DNA of 64,000 nucleotides. It comes from Heterodontus francisci. Lineage: Eukaryota. Below are positions 26,890-39,885 of the stretch, in pieces (position 1 is the first letter of the stretch; every line of letters starts with the position of its first letter). The stretch spans positions 37,133,497-37,197,496 of the forward strand of contig NC_090404.1 in the NCBI RefSeq assembly GCF_036365525.1, read 5' to 3'. The position numbers were made by a program, and so were the translations under genes. The notes beneath the pieces are model-generated. The model was not told the origin of the DNA, did not search any database, and worked only from the letters and a program-made list of their open reading frames with translations.

Positions 26890-28130
26890 TCATAGAACCA
26901 TCAAATCATAGAATCCTTGCAGCACTGAAGGAGATCATTCAGACTGCAGTTTCCATGCTGGATCGCTGCCAGAGCAACTCACCTAGTCCCACTCCCCTGC
27001 TTGTTCCTATAGCACTGCATTTCCTTTTTCTCTTCAGGTGCTTATCCAATTGTGAGGACAGTTTTGAATCCTTTTGGATTGAATCTGCTTCCACCACACT
27101 CTCACGGAATACATACCAGATCATAACCACTCGCTGCATAAAAAAGGTTTTGCCTCTCTGGAACCATTCTCATAAATGTTTTCCACATCTTTTCTAATGT
27201 CTTCACATCCTTCCTAAACTGTGGTGCCCAGAATTTGGCGCAATACTCCAGTTAAGATCGAAACAGTGTTTTATAAAGGTTCACCATAACTTCCTTTCTT
27301 TCATACTCTGTGCCTTTATTTATAAGGCCTAGGATCCCGTCTGCCTTTCTTTATGCACTTTCTCAACCTGCTCTGCCACCTTCAACGAATTGTGCACGTA
27401 TACCCCCAGGTCTCTCTCATCCTGAATCCCATTTAGAATTTTCCCCTTTAGTTTCCATTGGCTTTCCTCGTTTTTCCTAGCAAAATTTATCACTTCACAT
27501 CTCTGAATTATGTTTAATCTGCCACTTATCCGCCCATTACAATAGGCTGTCTATTCCCTCTTGAAGTCTATCACCATCTTTCTCACAATTCACAATATTG
27601 CCCAGTTTTGTCTCATTCGCAAATTTTTAAATTGTGTCCGGCACAACATTGACATGGTCATTAATATCTATCAAGTAAAGCAGTGGTCCTAGTACTGACC
27701 CCCTGGAGAACTTCACTTTTTATGCTCCTACAATCTGAAAAAGAACCATTCACCACTATTCTCTGATTCCTATAACTCAGCCAACTTTGTATCCATGCTG
27801 CCACTATCCCTATTATTCCATGGGTTTCAACTTTGTGGAAAAGCATCTTATGTAGCACTTTAAGAAACGCCTTTTGGAATTCTATATACATCACATCAGA
27901 TGCATTACCTTCATCAACCTTCTCTGCTACCTCATCAAAAACTCAATCAAGTTAGTCAAACACGATTTTACCTTAACAAATCCTTGCTGTCTTTCCTTAA
28001 ATATTCCACATTTGTCCAAGTGACTGTTAATTTTGTCCTGGATCAGCGTTTCTAAAAAGCATTCCCACAATTACAGTTCAAATGACTAGCCTGTTGTTGC
28101 TGGACTTATCTAATATCATTTATTGAACAA
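26890..28130 (-). mobile_element. Degenerate CR1 LINE
   Basis: Minus ORFs with FQKAFLKV..HGIIG..WIQSWL motifs; CR1 tail near 26890. Confidence 0.8.
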
Positions 28131-28825
28131 CAGTGTATTTCAAGTCAAGTATTGGCTTATGTAGTTATCGGGTTATGGTAATCCTAGCCGAGGCATCTTT
28201 GTGTGTGGGGGGGGGGGGGGGGGTGGGGGGGGTATGTGACTGTTGGGGGAGGTAGCGGGGAGGGGGGGATATCTGTTGTGATTAGAGGGCGACCTTTATA
28301 TTTGCATTACATTCAGACTGTTGGAGCCTGAGTCCAAAATTATCATAACCACAGGAGTCACTGACCTGACGTAGAGTAAATGTTGTCATATTATAAATTC
28401 AAAGATCTCAAATCCTGGGTTACGGTCTGAAGTTTTATTCTAGATTGAACTGACAGGTCATATCTTCTTAAGAACAGCTGAACAGGGGATAAATTCAGCA
28501 CCCCAAGCAAATCCTCCTAATTTTACAATGTGAAAGCGAGAGCTGAACATGGGTTGGTTATACGTGTCCATATGCGCTTCCTTAGCTGATGAGATATTGT
28601 GGGATTAGGCGACCCAGAGATAGTTTGATAACAAAGTGAAATACAACCTGCTAACACTGCACAACCGGACGTGAGCCAACTCTATTGAATGAAGCGGGGT
28701 CCACTCACAAATTGGCATAATGAGAAACACAGATACCAATTTGCTGACTAAATTAGTGCATCTGACCACAAGCTGAATGAACAGCATCCATCATGCAACG
28801 ATGGCAGAGTAAGATACACTGCTCA

Positions 28826-30200
28826 CCACCTCACCGAGGCAATCTCCAGCGTGGTAGATACTTCACCCCATAGAACAGCGCATCCACCACTCACCGAGAC
28901 ACCCTCCAGCGTGGAGAGACATAACTTCCCATAGAACAGCCGTTCCTCCACTCAACGAGACATTTTCCTTCAAGGATAGATACCACAATCCAGAGCACAT
29001 AGATTCCTCTACTCACAGAAGCATTCTCTAATTGGATAGATACCAGACCCCATAGAAAAGTGGCGAATCCACGCACTGAGACACATTCAGCAGAGAGAGA
29101 GACCACAGTCCAGATGTTCCCCGATTCACCAAGACATCCTCAGCACGGACAGATACCGCATCCTAGAGACCAGAGGTCTCCCACTCACTGAGACACACTC
29201 TAACATGGACAGAAATTCAGCCCATACAATATCGGTTCCCCTACTCATCGAGACGTCTTCCTGCATAGGTAGGATATCACCCCCCACTATACAGAGACTC
29301 CCCCACTCAAAGGGCCATCCTTCAACATGGATAGCTATCGCATCCCATATAGCATGGATTATCCCACTCACCACCACACCCTCCAGCATGAATAGGTAGA
29401 GAACATGGATTATCCCACTCACTGAGACACCTGCAGCATCGATAGAATCCACAGGCTATAGAACATGGATTCCCCACTCACCGAGACACACTTCAGCACA
29501 GATAGACACCACATCCCATAGAACAGCTGCTCCCCCACGAACGGAGACACCCTCCAACAGAGAGAGAGATACCACACCCTATAGGACAGTGGTTTCCTCA
29601 CTCACTGAAACATTCTTTAGCATAGATGGATACCATACCCCATCAAACATCAGTTGCTTCACTCACTGAGACATACTCCAGCATGGATACCTAACAAACC
29701 TTATAGAACAGTAGTTCCCCCAGTCGTCAAAATATCCTACAGCAGGGAGAAATACCACACGCCAAGGAACAAGTGATCCCTCACTCACTGTGACACCCTC
29801 CAGCATGGATAGTTACCACATTCCATTGAACAGACGTTCTCCCACTCACTAAGACACACTCCAGGAAGGAGAGATACCACATCTCATCGAACAACGGTTG
29901 CCTCACTCACTGAGGCACACGCCTGCATGGATAGATACCACATCTCATAGAACAGCGCTCCCCCCACCCTACCGCCCCCCGCCCCCCTTAACCGAGACAT
30001 TCTCCAGAGTGGAGAGACGCCGGACCTCAAAGAACAGCGGTTCTTCCACTCAATCAGGCAGCCTCCAACATGGCGAGTTAACCACAACCCAGAGAACAGC
30101 GGTTCCCAAATCAGCGAGACAGCCTCCTTCTTAGACCGATACCACACATCTGAACAGTGGTTCCACCACTCATACAGATGCAATCCTGTATGGATCCCAT
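28826..30200. repeat. Degenerate minisatellite, ~61-bp unit, ~22 copies, in C5-TM1 intron
   Basis: Consensus approx. CCACTCACTGAGACACCCTCCAGCATGGATAGATACCACATCCCATAGAACAGCGGTTCC recurring at ~60-62 nt period. Confidence 0.9.
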
Positions 30201-30979
30201 GAAACAGCTGTTGCAGCTTCTGACTCAGCTGGCTAGTCACAGTAATTAGGCAAAGTGCGTTACGTTAAAGAACGGTCTGATTTCTCCTTGAGAAGATAAT
30301 GCAACACCAAAAATGATCGGATCAGCTGTCTCACTGCAGGCTGCAATTCGCTGTGAATACAGGTTAGCTTCCCATTCGAAAAACTGTCGGATCCTGTGCT
30401 GCACTTTAACTGACCATTATGAGAAGATGAATAGATTCCACTTCATACATAGCCTTTCACGGCTTCCAGAGGTCACAAAGCTGTACGTCCAAATAATTAC
30501 TTTTTTAATGTTTGATAAACTACATCACAGTCAATTAACCCAGAACCACGCCCAAAAAGCAGCAATGTGGTCAATGGGAATTTAGTCTAATAAGTGTTGC
30601 TCTGGGAGCCGCCGGCAGAGCTCGCTAATCCTTCAATACACCCAGGGTATCTTTAACATCTACCCGAACAACCAGACGAGGCCACGGAGCAGCATTTTAT
30701 CTGGAAAACCGCACCCGCTGTTGTGTGGAATTGTCAGCCTGGATTAGAAACCGAAGTAAGGCAGAGGAGCTTGAACCCACTGGAGTTGAAATTCCTCTCA
30801 GGCGGTGGCGCCATCACTTGAGGCGAATTTCTACCCACAATATTGTGATTCAGAAGCCCGCCAGCTGACAATGAGCTCAAATGACACTAAAGTGCTGAGG
30901 ATATTCCAACGTCAAGTCATACCTTGGAAACAAAAGCTTTTGAAACTGCACAGATTAATAGTTCAATACAACAATAGCA

Positions 30980-31620
30980 TTGCCATCAACATCTTGGGGG
31001 TTACCATTGAGCAGAAAATGAACTGGAGCAGTCGCATAATTACTATGGCTCCAGGAACAGGTCAGATGCTGGGAATTCTGCAGTGAGTAACAACTTCTGC
31101 CTCCCCAATGTCTGTCTACAGGAGTGTGATGGAATAGTCTCCACTTGCCTGGATGGGTGCACGTTCAACAACATTCAAAAAGCTCGACAACATCCAGGAC
31201 AAAGCAATCCCCTTGGTTAGTACCCAAAACACAAACATTCACTCCCTCCACCACTGACACAGAGTGACAGCAGCGTGTATAATACACAAGGTGCACTGCA
31301 GTCGCTCACCAAAGCTCCTCAAACAATAGCTTTCCAAACCAACAGCCTCTATCACCTAAAAGGACAAAGGCAGCAGATGCATGGGAACACCACCGCCTGC
31401 AAGTTCCCCACCAAGACACACACCATCTTGACCTGGAACTATATCGCTGCTCCTTCACTGTCACTGGGTCAAAATCCTGGAACTCCCTTCCTAACAGCAT
31501 TGTGGGTATATCTACAGCAGATGGACTGCAGTGGCTCATGAAGGCAGCTCATCAACACCAACTCAATGTCAACTAAGGCTGGTCTTAACATTGATGCACA
31601 TACCCCATCAAATAATAAAA
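30980..31620 (+). mobile_element. 3' fragment of a non-CR1 LINE (clade not assigned); same family as 58185-59150
   Basis: INILGVTI..KMNWSS motif; shared nucleotide sequence with the 58 kb copy. Confidence 0.7.
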
Positions 31621-31624
31621 ACAA

Positions 31625-31860
31625 ATCAGAGTCAGCGGAGTGGTTGAAAGAGGTGATGGTGAGATAGAGCTGGGTGTCAGCAGCGTACATGTGGACTCTG
31701 ATTTTGGATGATGTCACCCAGAGACAGCATGTATGTGAGCAATAGGAGAGGACCAGGGATAGATCCTTATGGAACTCCAGATATACTGGTGCGGGAGCTG
31801 GTGGAGATCTCACTGAAGATCTAGCTATGACTGGATAAGTAAGAGTGAATACAAGCAATC
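31625..31860 (-). mobile_element. L2-like LINE RT fragment
   Basis: HMYAADTQLY (YADDTQLY-like) and degenerate PQGS region. Confidence 0.65.
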
Positions 31861-32181
31861 ACTAGTTTTGGGAAATTATTGTCGTACTAAATAGTGACTG
31901 GATGTTGTTCTACCTTTACTCATATCGATTTACAACTAGATACATCATTGGCCAAATGTAAACCACAAGAGCTCTGGAAGCTGCAAACACGGTTAGGAGT
32001 AGTGTAATCTGTTTGAAAGAACCCTTTGTATCTCTAAAAATGGGGGAATGGAAACGTGTTGCACAGCTGGAAGATTAGACAATGTATATCATACATATTT
32101 GGATCAAGTTTAAAATGAAGATCGTGAAAGTAACACGCACACAAACGACAAATAGGGGAGCCAGCAGGTTTTCATTCTACA

Positions 32182-32187
32182 TTTATT
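32182..32187 (-). terminator. Probable poly(A) signal AATAAA of secretory transcript
   Basis: TTTATT on +, about 320 nt after the secretory stop. Confidence 0.65.
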
Positions 32188-32503
32188 GCAATTAGCAGAT
32201 CCACATACAGACTAAAGCACAATTTCCTATTGATCCAATAACATCACTCAACCCTTCAAGGGATCTTCAAAACGATTGCAGCTGTGTTAAGGTTATCCAG
32301 GGTTATCGGATTCTAACCATAACTATCCTTCATTGACTGATATGGTTTCATATATTACTGAAATATCTCAACAATTATTCGTCGACATAGAGGGTGACAG
32401 TGACATGTGATAAACAGGAGATTCGCTGACTCAGATACTCAAACAGTTATGAACATCACAACAGTAACACATCTATGGGAAACAGATATTCACCCACACT
32501 GGG

Positions 32504-32886
32504 TTATGTACATGATTTAACACTGTCAGATAGGACAAGTGAAACATTAACTGAAGTAGGTTTACCATAAGATTTATTTATGCTTCTGCGTAAATCCCTT
32601 TGGAGGGACGGGTGTCCCACTAAACAGGTATATGTGGTGCCACTGTTCCACTCCACCGCAGTGATTTTCAATCTGCTGGCAATGGAGCTGGAACCATTTC
32701 TCTTCTCGATCTCTGCTTGGCTAGGAGAACCTGAATCCAAAAGGGTGTCATTGGCCATCCAAGCGATGTAAATCTCAGCAGGATAAAAACCAGTGACTAG
32801 ACACACCAGAGTAGCCGTCTGCTCAGTGTCTATCTCTTCCGCTGATGGAAGTAGAACGTAGACTTTAGGAGGATGCATTTCACCAA
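32504..32886 (-). CDS. IgNAR: IgNAR C5 exon plus secretory tailpiece (internal donor after 32566 for membrane form)
   Basis: (V)GEMHPPKVYVLLPS...TYTCLVGHPSL...INKSYG|KPTSVNVSLVLSDSVKSCT*; tail has NVS sequon and penultimate Cys; cryptic donor G|GTAAAC. Confidence 0.96.
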
Positions 32887-33284
32887 CTGAAAAGAGAGAA
32901 ATATTGGTTAAACTGAGTCTGTTTCTTCTTCAGTCTTCACTTCATGTTCCCCTTTTCTGGAAATAATGTGCATTCGGGCATTTGGAATAGTTTCCGAACT
33001 GTGAGAGTTTACATATTTCTCTACTTGTTCATGGGTGCCTTTAATTTTCTTTATTTTGGTGGTTTTTCAATGTGGTCTGACGTCAGATTGCAAAGAGTTG
33101 GAGACAATCAAAAAGCACTGACGCTGTTAGGATGCAACAGTGTCAAACCACTTCTATTTTTTCATACTATTTTTTACCCGTCTGGTGACTTCCCAGGTCC
33201 CAGATGACATAGGAACATTTAATGAAGAAACTGGGTGATTTGTTAACATCATTTATCATCTGACCGAGTATTATCTGTGCTTAC

Positions 33285-33605
33285 CCTTTACTTTCCTGGT
33301 GGAAGTTTTCACTGGTGTTGGTAATTCGCTGTCCTCTATGAAGCAGACGTATTCCACCCCACTGTCCCACTCTGCCGCAGTGACTTTCAGTTTACTAACG
33401 ATGGCGAATTTGTATCCATTCCACTCGGGACTCTGAGTCTCGACTCCTTCCGTTCTCCCACTCCCATCCACTTGCCAGGACACGATGACGCTTTCTAAGT
33501 CGCTGTAAAGGATTTCACAAACAATGGTCGCCGTTCGTTGAGTCCAAATCTCTTCAAAGAGGGGGTTCAATATATTGACAGAAATGTCTGCCTCATGACA
33601 ATCAT
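33285..33605 (-). CDS. IgNAR: IgNAR C4 exon
   Basis: 321 nt, open: (D)DCHEADISVNILNPLFEEIWTQRTATIVCEIL...EWDSGVEYVC...RKVK; extra N-terminal Cys. Confidence 0.95.
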
Positions 33606-35399
33606 CTGGAAAGAAGAGGGAATGATTATTTCAAGCTGTCATGTTGAATTCACGGGTAACAACAACAACATACTCCAAGAGATATAAAATAATTCTACTT
33701 ACTGGAGTAGGTTAGGACTTTTCTCAGATTGTTTCTGTTTAGCTAATAAGATGCAGCGCCCTTCTGGTCTTGTTGCTTTCATCTCCTGGCTTCTCTGGAT
33801 GATGTCCGCAAAAATATTTCCGATTATTAATTCCATAAATTGGGAATTCCTCTAACTGGGATTTAATTGGGACTAATTGTCCCTGCTCTCATGCTGCAAA
33901 GGTTCACACATCAGACTGACTGACTGATGCTAGAGGTCAATTGCAGCCCTGTGTCCTGAATGTGGTGGGTTCAAATATACCTCCTATAAAGTGACTAAAA
34001 TTCTCCACTTTTTCAGTCGAAGCATTTGGGTTGAAATGAACTTGTCTCTGCCTGAGCAATGAATGGAAGCATGGCCTCAAAACCAACACGCATATGTTCT
34101 ACATCATTTGACACTGACTTCGCTCATCACTTAAAAGCTACAATGTATTTAGGAAAACGTGAAAACCACCACTCTGGTCTAGGAAGGAGCATTGCTGGAA
34201 GGCTGAGATTAAAGACACCATTGTTTAATTGTGTAAAGTGAGGAAGTCTATAATTTTACGATGATATACCTGGCCCAGAGGTACACGATATTGACATCAG
34301 TTACAGTTGAAAGGTTTTCTCTAGTATCCAGACCTTTACAAAATTGAGATAAATGCTTAAGATATTGGAAAACATACCTTCAGTTTTTAAAGTAAAATAG
34401 TCACTCTGACCATAAGAATCATTACTTTCTTTATACATGGCATGAAATCTAAATGAATAAACATTCTCCTTTGTTTTCACTAAAAGTTAAATTTGTTTCT
34501 CTGAACATTATCGAAACCACCATCATTATATTCAGCGAGGATGTCATCTCTGAAATTCTCAAGATCTCTACAAGGGACCAAAGTTACATATTTATTGCGC
34601 ATGTCCAACATTGTTACTTTTTTTTCTAATCTACACTAAAATTGGTGAATTTCTCTCAATGATGTTTCAGAAGGGAGTGCTGTGCAAACTGTTTCTGGAT
34701 TCTCATCATTCCCATTGGCTCTCCTTCCAGATTGGCAGATGTAAACATGTATTTGTCTACTCACTGGGATCCCTGATTTCATCCCATGAAGTTAACATCC
34801 CTTCATAAAATGAGTGAAGAATATTTCATGGTGTATGTTACAAGAACCCTCTTATCTGAAGGGATTTGATCTTACTTTCATTTCCAAAAGTTGCTATTTT
34901 TGGCAGAAAAAGGAAAAAGGAAGGCACAAAAAAGTGAGAATGTCAGATGACTGATTGTAATAAAATGAATCATCTCCATTGGTTTAAACAGCAAACTGAG
35001 TTTCAACCCTGAGATATGTTGAGGCAACGACAAGCAGAAATGTCATGTGTAGGACTTGGGCTGATTTCAACACTCAAATCTTCACCTCAGTATTCTGAAA
35101 CAAAGACAGCGTGCACATTTAGATTCACTTCTTATCGATTTCTGTGAAGAGGCACGAGGCATTTAAAAGTGCTATATAAATGCCTGCTGTCATTGTTACT
35201 CCAGTACAGGCTCCACTGAATCGGTTGCCTTGAGTACCTCTCACGATTGGACACTGAGTAGATCAGCAGAAAATGTGAATGCCAACAGCTTATCCTACAG
35301 CAACAACATCAGAGCCCCGTCCAGTCCTGCCCTCAGCAGAGGTGCAAACACATCGAACTCCACCTGACCTCCTCAGATCGGAGGACCATTAATGTTTGG

Positions 35400-36310
35400 G
35401 ATGTTAAAATCAGAAATCCAATTTCTAAATTTGTGGATTACACCAAATTCAGGCGAATAGCCAATGTTGAGGAGGACTGCAACAAATTGCAAGACGATAT
35501 GAAGATACTTGCAGTATGGAGAAATGATTGGCAAATGAATTTAACATAAATAAATGCAGAGTATTGCATTTCACCAAGAAAGTTAAAGAGGTGGCATATT
35601 ACTTAGAAAATAAAAATATAAATGTGGAAGAGGAGCAAATGGATCTGGGATTACAGATACATAAATCATTACAACTAGAAACACAGATTAACAAGGTCAT
35701 AAAAAAAACTAGAATTGAAAGGTAAAGAAGTTACACTAAAACTGCATCGAACCTTGATTTGACTACACTTGGATTACTGCGCACAGTATGCTTGTTATAT
35801 ATTGAAAAAATGATGCAGAGGCATTAGAGAGGGCGCAAACATTATTTACAAGGATGACAACATCAATACGGGGGTATACATTTCAGGAGAGATTGAACAG
35901 GCTAGGTGCCTTTTCTACTGAAAAGAGAAGGCTGAGGTGTTCTCTAATATAGTTTTTGTTTCATTATGAAAGGTTTGGTCGAGTAGACACAGTGAAGTTT
36001 TCCACTTGGGAAATAGCAAAGCTAGTGGCCATTAACATAAGGTAGTCACCAAGAAATTCAATAGGGCATTCAGAACAAGCTTCTTTATCTAGAGAAAGGT
36101 GAAAATAGGGAACTCCTGACAACAGGAGTGGTTGAAGTGAACAGTATAATTGTATTTAACTGGACTCTAGCCAAGCATATGAAGGAGATAGCAATGGAGC
36201 GTTATGTTCAAAGAGTTAAATGGGGAAATACCGAAGGAAGACTTGAGTGAAGCATAAACGCTTGCCTGGACTTATTGGGCCGAATGGACTGTTTCTGTGC
36301 TGTATGTTCG
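35400..36310 (+). mobile_element. Old CR1 3' fragment
   Basis: NEFNINKCRVLHF, DLGLQIHKSL motifs; CR1 tail. Confidence 0.75.
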
Positions 36311-36427
36311 ATAACCCTATGTAAGAGGAAACGATGGGGTTCGCCTCAGTAACCCGGATGTATCTCGGCCATTGCATTTACAAAAAGCCAGCAGTTGAGA
36401 TTCGTCAACTCAGCGAGGTCTGGTGGC

Positions 36428-37292
36428 AGAATATAAATAGATTGGAGAGTTGGGCAGAAAAATGGCAGATGGAGTTCAATCAGGGCAAATGCGAGGTGAT
36501 GCATTTTGGAAGATCCAATTCAAGAGTGAATTATATAGTAAATGGAAAAGTCCTGTGGAAAATTGATGTTCAGAGAGGTTTGGGTGTTCAGGTCCATTGT
36601 TCCCTGAAGGTGGCAACGCAGGTCAATAGAGTGGTCAAGAAGGCATACGGTATGCTTTCCTTCATCGGACGGTGTATTGAGTATAAGGGTTGGCAGGTCA
36701 TGTTACAGTTGTATAACACTTTGGTTCGGCCACATTTGGAATACTGCGTGCAGTTCTGGTCGCCACATTACCAAAAGGATGTAGATGCTTTGGAGAGGGT
36801 GCAGAGGAGGTTCACCAGGATGTTGCCTGGTATGGAGGGCGCTAGCTATGAAGAGAGGTTGAGCAGATTAGGATTATTTTCATTAGAAAGACGGAGGTTG
36901 AGGGGGGACCTGATTGAGGTGTACAAAATCATGAGAGGTATAGACAGGGTGGATAGCAAGAAGCTTTTTCCCAGAGTGGGGGATTCAATTACGAGGGGTC
37001 ACGAGTTCAAAGTGTGAGGGGAAAAGTTTAGGGGGGATATGCGTGGAAAGTTCTTCACACAGAGGGTGGTGGGTGCCTGGATTGCGTTGCCAGTGGAGGT
37101 GGGAGACGCGGGCACGATAGCGTCTTTTAAGATGTATCTCGACAGATACATGAATGGGCAGAAAGCAAAGAGATACAGACCCTAAGAAAATAGGCGACAT
37201 GTTTAGATAGAGGATCTGGATCGGCGCAGGCTTGGAGGGCCGAAGGGCCTGTTCCTGTGCTGTAATTTTCTTTGTTCTTTGTTCTTTGTTTT
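36428..37292 (+). mobile_element. Young 5'-truncated CR1
   Basis: Open RT C-terminus WAEKWQMEFN...RPHLEYCVQFW; (TTCTTTG)n tail. Confidence 0.9.
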
Positions 37293-38582
37293 TGGTCTGC
37301 ATAGCTGACTATTACAGTGTAGGGTTCCTCACCAATGCTAGAAGCTTGTTTGTTAGTGTTTATGACTGCGTCTGATAACAATATTTGCCTTATTCTATCC
37401 TCTCCTGTATTCACTGCTGTACGAGATCTGTTGGCCGCCCTCCGGTACCTGACCCAATGGTCTACTGTTCATGAGACCCGAAACACAGCAAATATCAGCA
37501 GGTTGTTGTACCGTGAGGACATTGCAGCCAAGTCCTCTCTTCTTCTTCCCAGAAATAGCACACACGCATTTACCATAGATCAGGAGTGGAACCACGCACT
37601 ATTGCTGTTTCATGAATCTAGGGACACTAAGACCAATTTCAGGCCCCGAACACCATCAGGTGAAATCAACGAACTCAGCAAGAAACGGTATCCAACCCCA
37701 GATCCAGGGAATTTTATTGCTTCTTCATCCTTCACACGGAGGTGGTGGGATTATTATTGTGCAAATAATATTTCCAATCATTTATTCCACAGATCAGGAA
37801 TAACTGTGACTGGAATTTAATTGGGACAAATTGTTCCCGTTCTCATGCTGCAGACGTTCACGCATCAGACTGACTGGTGCTGGAGGTCAGTTGCAGCCCC
37901 GCAGCCAGAACGTAGTGGGTTCCAATATACCTCATTATTTGTAATTTGATTGGAATAAAAACAATCAGAAATGAAAACAGTTTAGTTTACACTCATGAAA
38001 ACAAAAGGTCACAGCATTGGATTCTGTTCATGATGACGTTATTAGACTCCTCCTATGACCTCTAACCCTGGCGGTGCAGAAGATATGAAGAATTGAAATG
38101 CAAAAAGCTACTGACAAAATTGGCTGAGTCGCCTGATAACTGGCTGTTTTTAGCTTTTAACTGACTGCCGGCACTCAGTGTTGTGTCGGACTTAAATCCA
38201 GCAGTACAGAATGAAGTAAACAGCACCCAAAGTCTTCTCCCCACATTATGGAACTCTATGCATTTTTAGCTACGGTTTATTGCTGTTTAAAGATAGCCGA
38301 CAATCAGCAGTGAACCGTACAGTGAAGTTGGAGAAATCCTTCTCCTACTTCATTCTTACCATTGGGTCCTCACATGTTTCTGGCGGCGCACACACTGAGT
38401 GCTGATCATTTTATTGTCTCCGTGCGGCCTGTGAGTTTAGGCTGCATTAATTGTTATCCACACATTTTACTGTTCCTACAACTAGAGGAATCTGATCACT
38501 AGTGCCCCTGTTGTTTGATGTTGCCTTTAGATTAAGTACAAAGCACTGATTGTGTGAGTATATATTGTGTAACTGCCCTTAC

Positions 38583-38900
38583 CTTCCGGGTTGCTGATCG
38601 CCCTCTTCACGGTAGAGTCTGAAGGTGGATGTAAGGCGGAACAGGTGTATGTTTCTCCCTTTTTCCATTCAGCTGCAGGTAAAATGAGAAGGCTGCTTGT
38701 GCTGAAGCTTTGGTCCTGTTCAAGAGCAGTGGGGAAACTGGTGATGTTCGAGATTAAAGCAACTCCGTCCTTCTCCCAGGAAACGGTTATTTTATCAGGA
38801 TAGAATCCTCTTATCAAGCATGTGAGAATGGCGGTGCTGGTATTTTGAATCTCCTCTGGTGATGGAGGCAGGAGGCGGACCTTTGGCTGTATTGGCTCGA
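38583..38900 (-). CDS. IgNAR: IgNAR C3 exon
   Basis: 318 nt, open: (V)EPIQPKVRLLPPSPEEIQNTSTAILTCLIRGFYPDKITVSW...TYTCSALHPPS...NPE; 75-nt intron to C2. Confidence 0.95.
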
Positions 38901-38975
38901 CTGTAACAGAATTTGAACCAGGGTTAGTCTTCCTTCCACTGTCATTTAAAAACAGGGTGATATATTTTTACCCAC

Positions 38976-39278
38976 CTTTTGTCTTTCTTGTTTGTTTTGT
39001 TACCGGATTTGATGATTGGCCCCCATGTGCTGAGCATGAGTATTCAACCCCGCTATCCCACTCTTCCACGCTGCTTGTCAAGTGGCTGATTGTCAGGTAC
39101 TGGTTTCCATCCTTTGTAGCTGCTTCGGTTTGAACTCCTTCAATCCTCATCTTACCATCAACTGTCCAAGAGATCGCAATCTCAGTGGAAACTGTAGAGA
39201 CCACTTCACACACCAGGGTGGCAGTCTTATTGATCCAGATATCTTCAATGGAGGGATCTCTGAGAAATACTGTGATTT
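38976..39278 (-). CDS. IgNAR: IgNAR C2 exon
   Basis: 303 nt, open: (E)ITVFLRDPSIEDIWINKTATLVCEVV...EWDSGVEYSC...RKTK; AG/GT boundaries. Confidence 0.95.
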
Positions 39279-39484
39279 CTGTCAGTGAGAAACCAGAGAT
39301 TCAGAAACAGGACAATGCGTCAATGTTGACAAATCCGTTTGTTTAGGAAGAATTTAATTTTAGTGACAACTGATAGCTGATGAGCATATTTTCACTGATT
39401 ATTATTGAATTTAAAACATCATTCTGTTGTTTACGCACAGTTTGAGTTGAATCACTAATTTGAAAAAATAATTTATACTGAATG

Positions 39485-39885
39485 ACAGGCAGAGAGACAA
39501 AAAGAGAGCTGGATACAAAGAGACAAACCGACAAAACAGAGAGCAACACAGAGATAATGAGCATCAGGAACAGGACAAGAGAGAGAGAAATCGATAGGGA
39601 GAGACAGGCAGCGACAGTGTAGCAGAGAGAGAGGTAACAGCAGAAAGAGTGGGATGGAGAGACCGTCAGAGAAAAAGTGAGAGGCAGAGATATAAAGAGA
39701 GAGGGGAGAGAAAGAGATAAAGGGAGTCCAAGAGCCAGACACCAACAGAGATTTAAAAAAAAACATGCAGCGACATGGAAACGGAGTGTGAGAGAGAGAC
39801 AGTGGGTTATAAAGTGGGAGAGTGACAGACACAGAGAGAAAATCTGAGGGAGATGGAGAGGGAAAGAAAGAGAGAAATAGACAAA
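39485..39885. repeat. GA-rich low-complexity tract in C1-C2 intron
   Basis: Extended imperfect (GA)n/GACA purine-rich run. Confidence 0.75.

Noticed and set aside
28826-30200. CRISPR array, class-switch region or coding repeat
   Set aside because: Vertebrate DNA, whole unit diverges with no repeat/spacer split, not AGCT-rich, and ORFs are short and broken
37300-37820. 161-aa + strand ORF, or a decayed duplicate C4 exon next to the intronic direct repeat
   Set aside because: No recognisable domain; minus-strand translation of 37381-37560 in three frames shows no Ig Cys/Trp pattern
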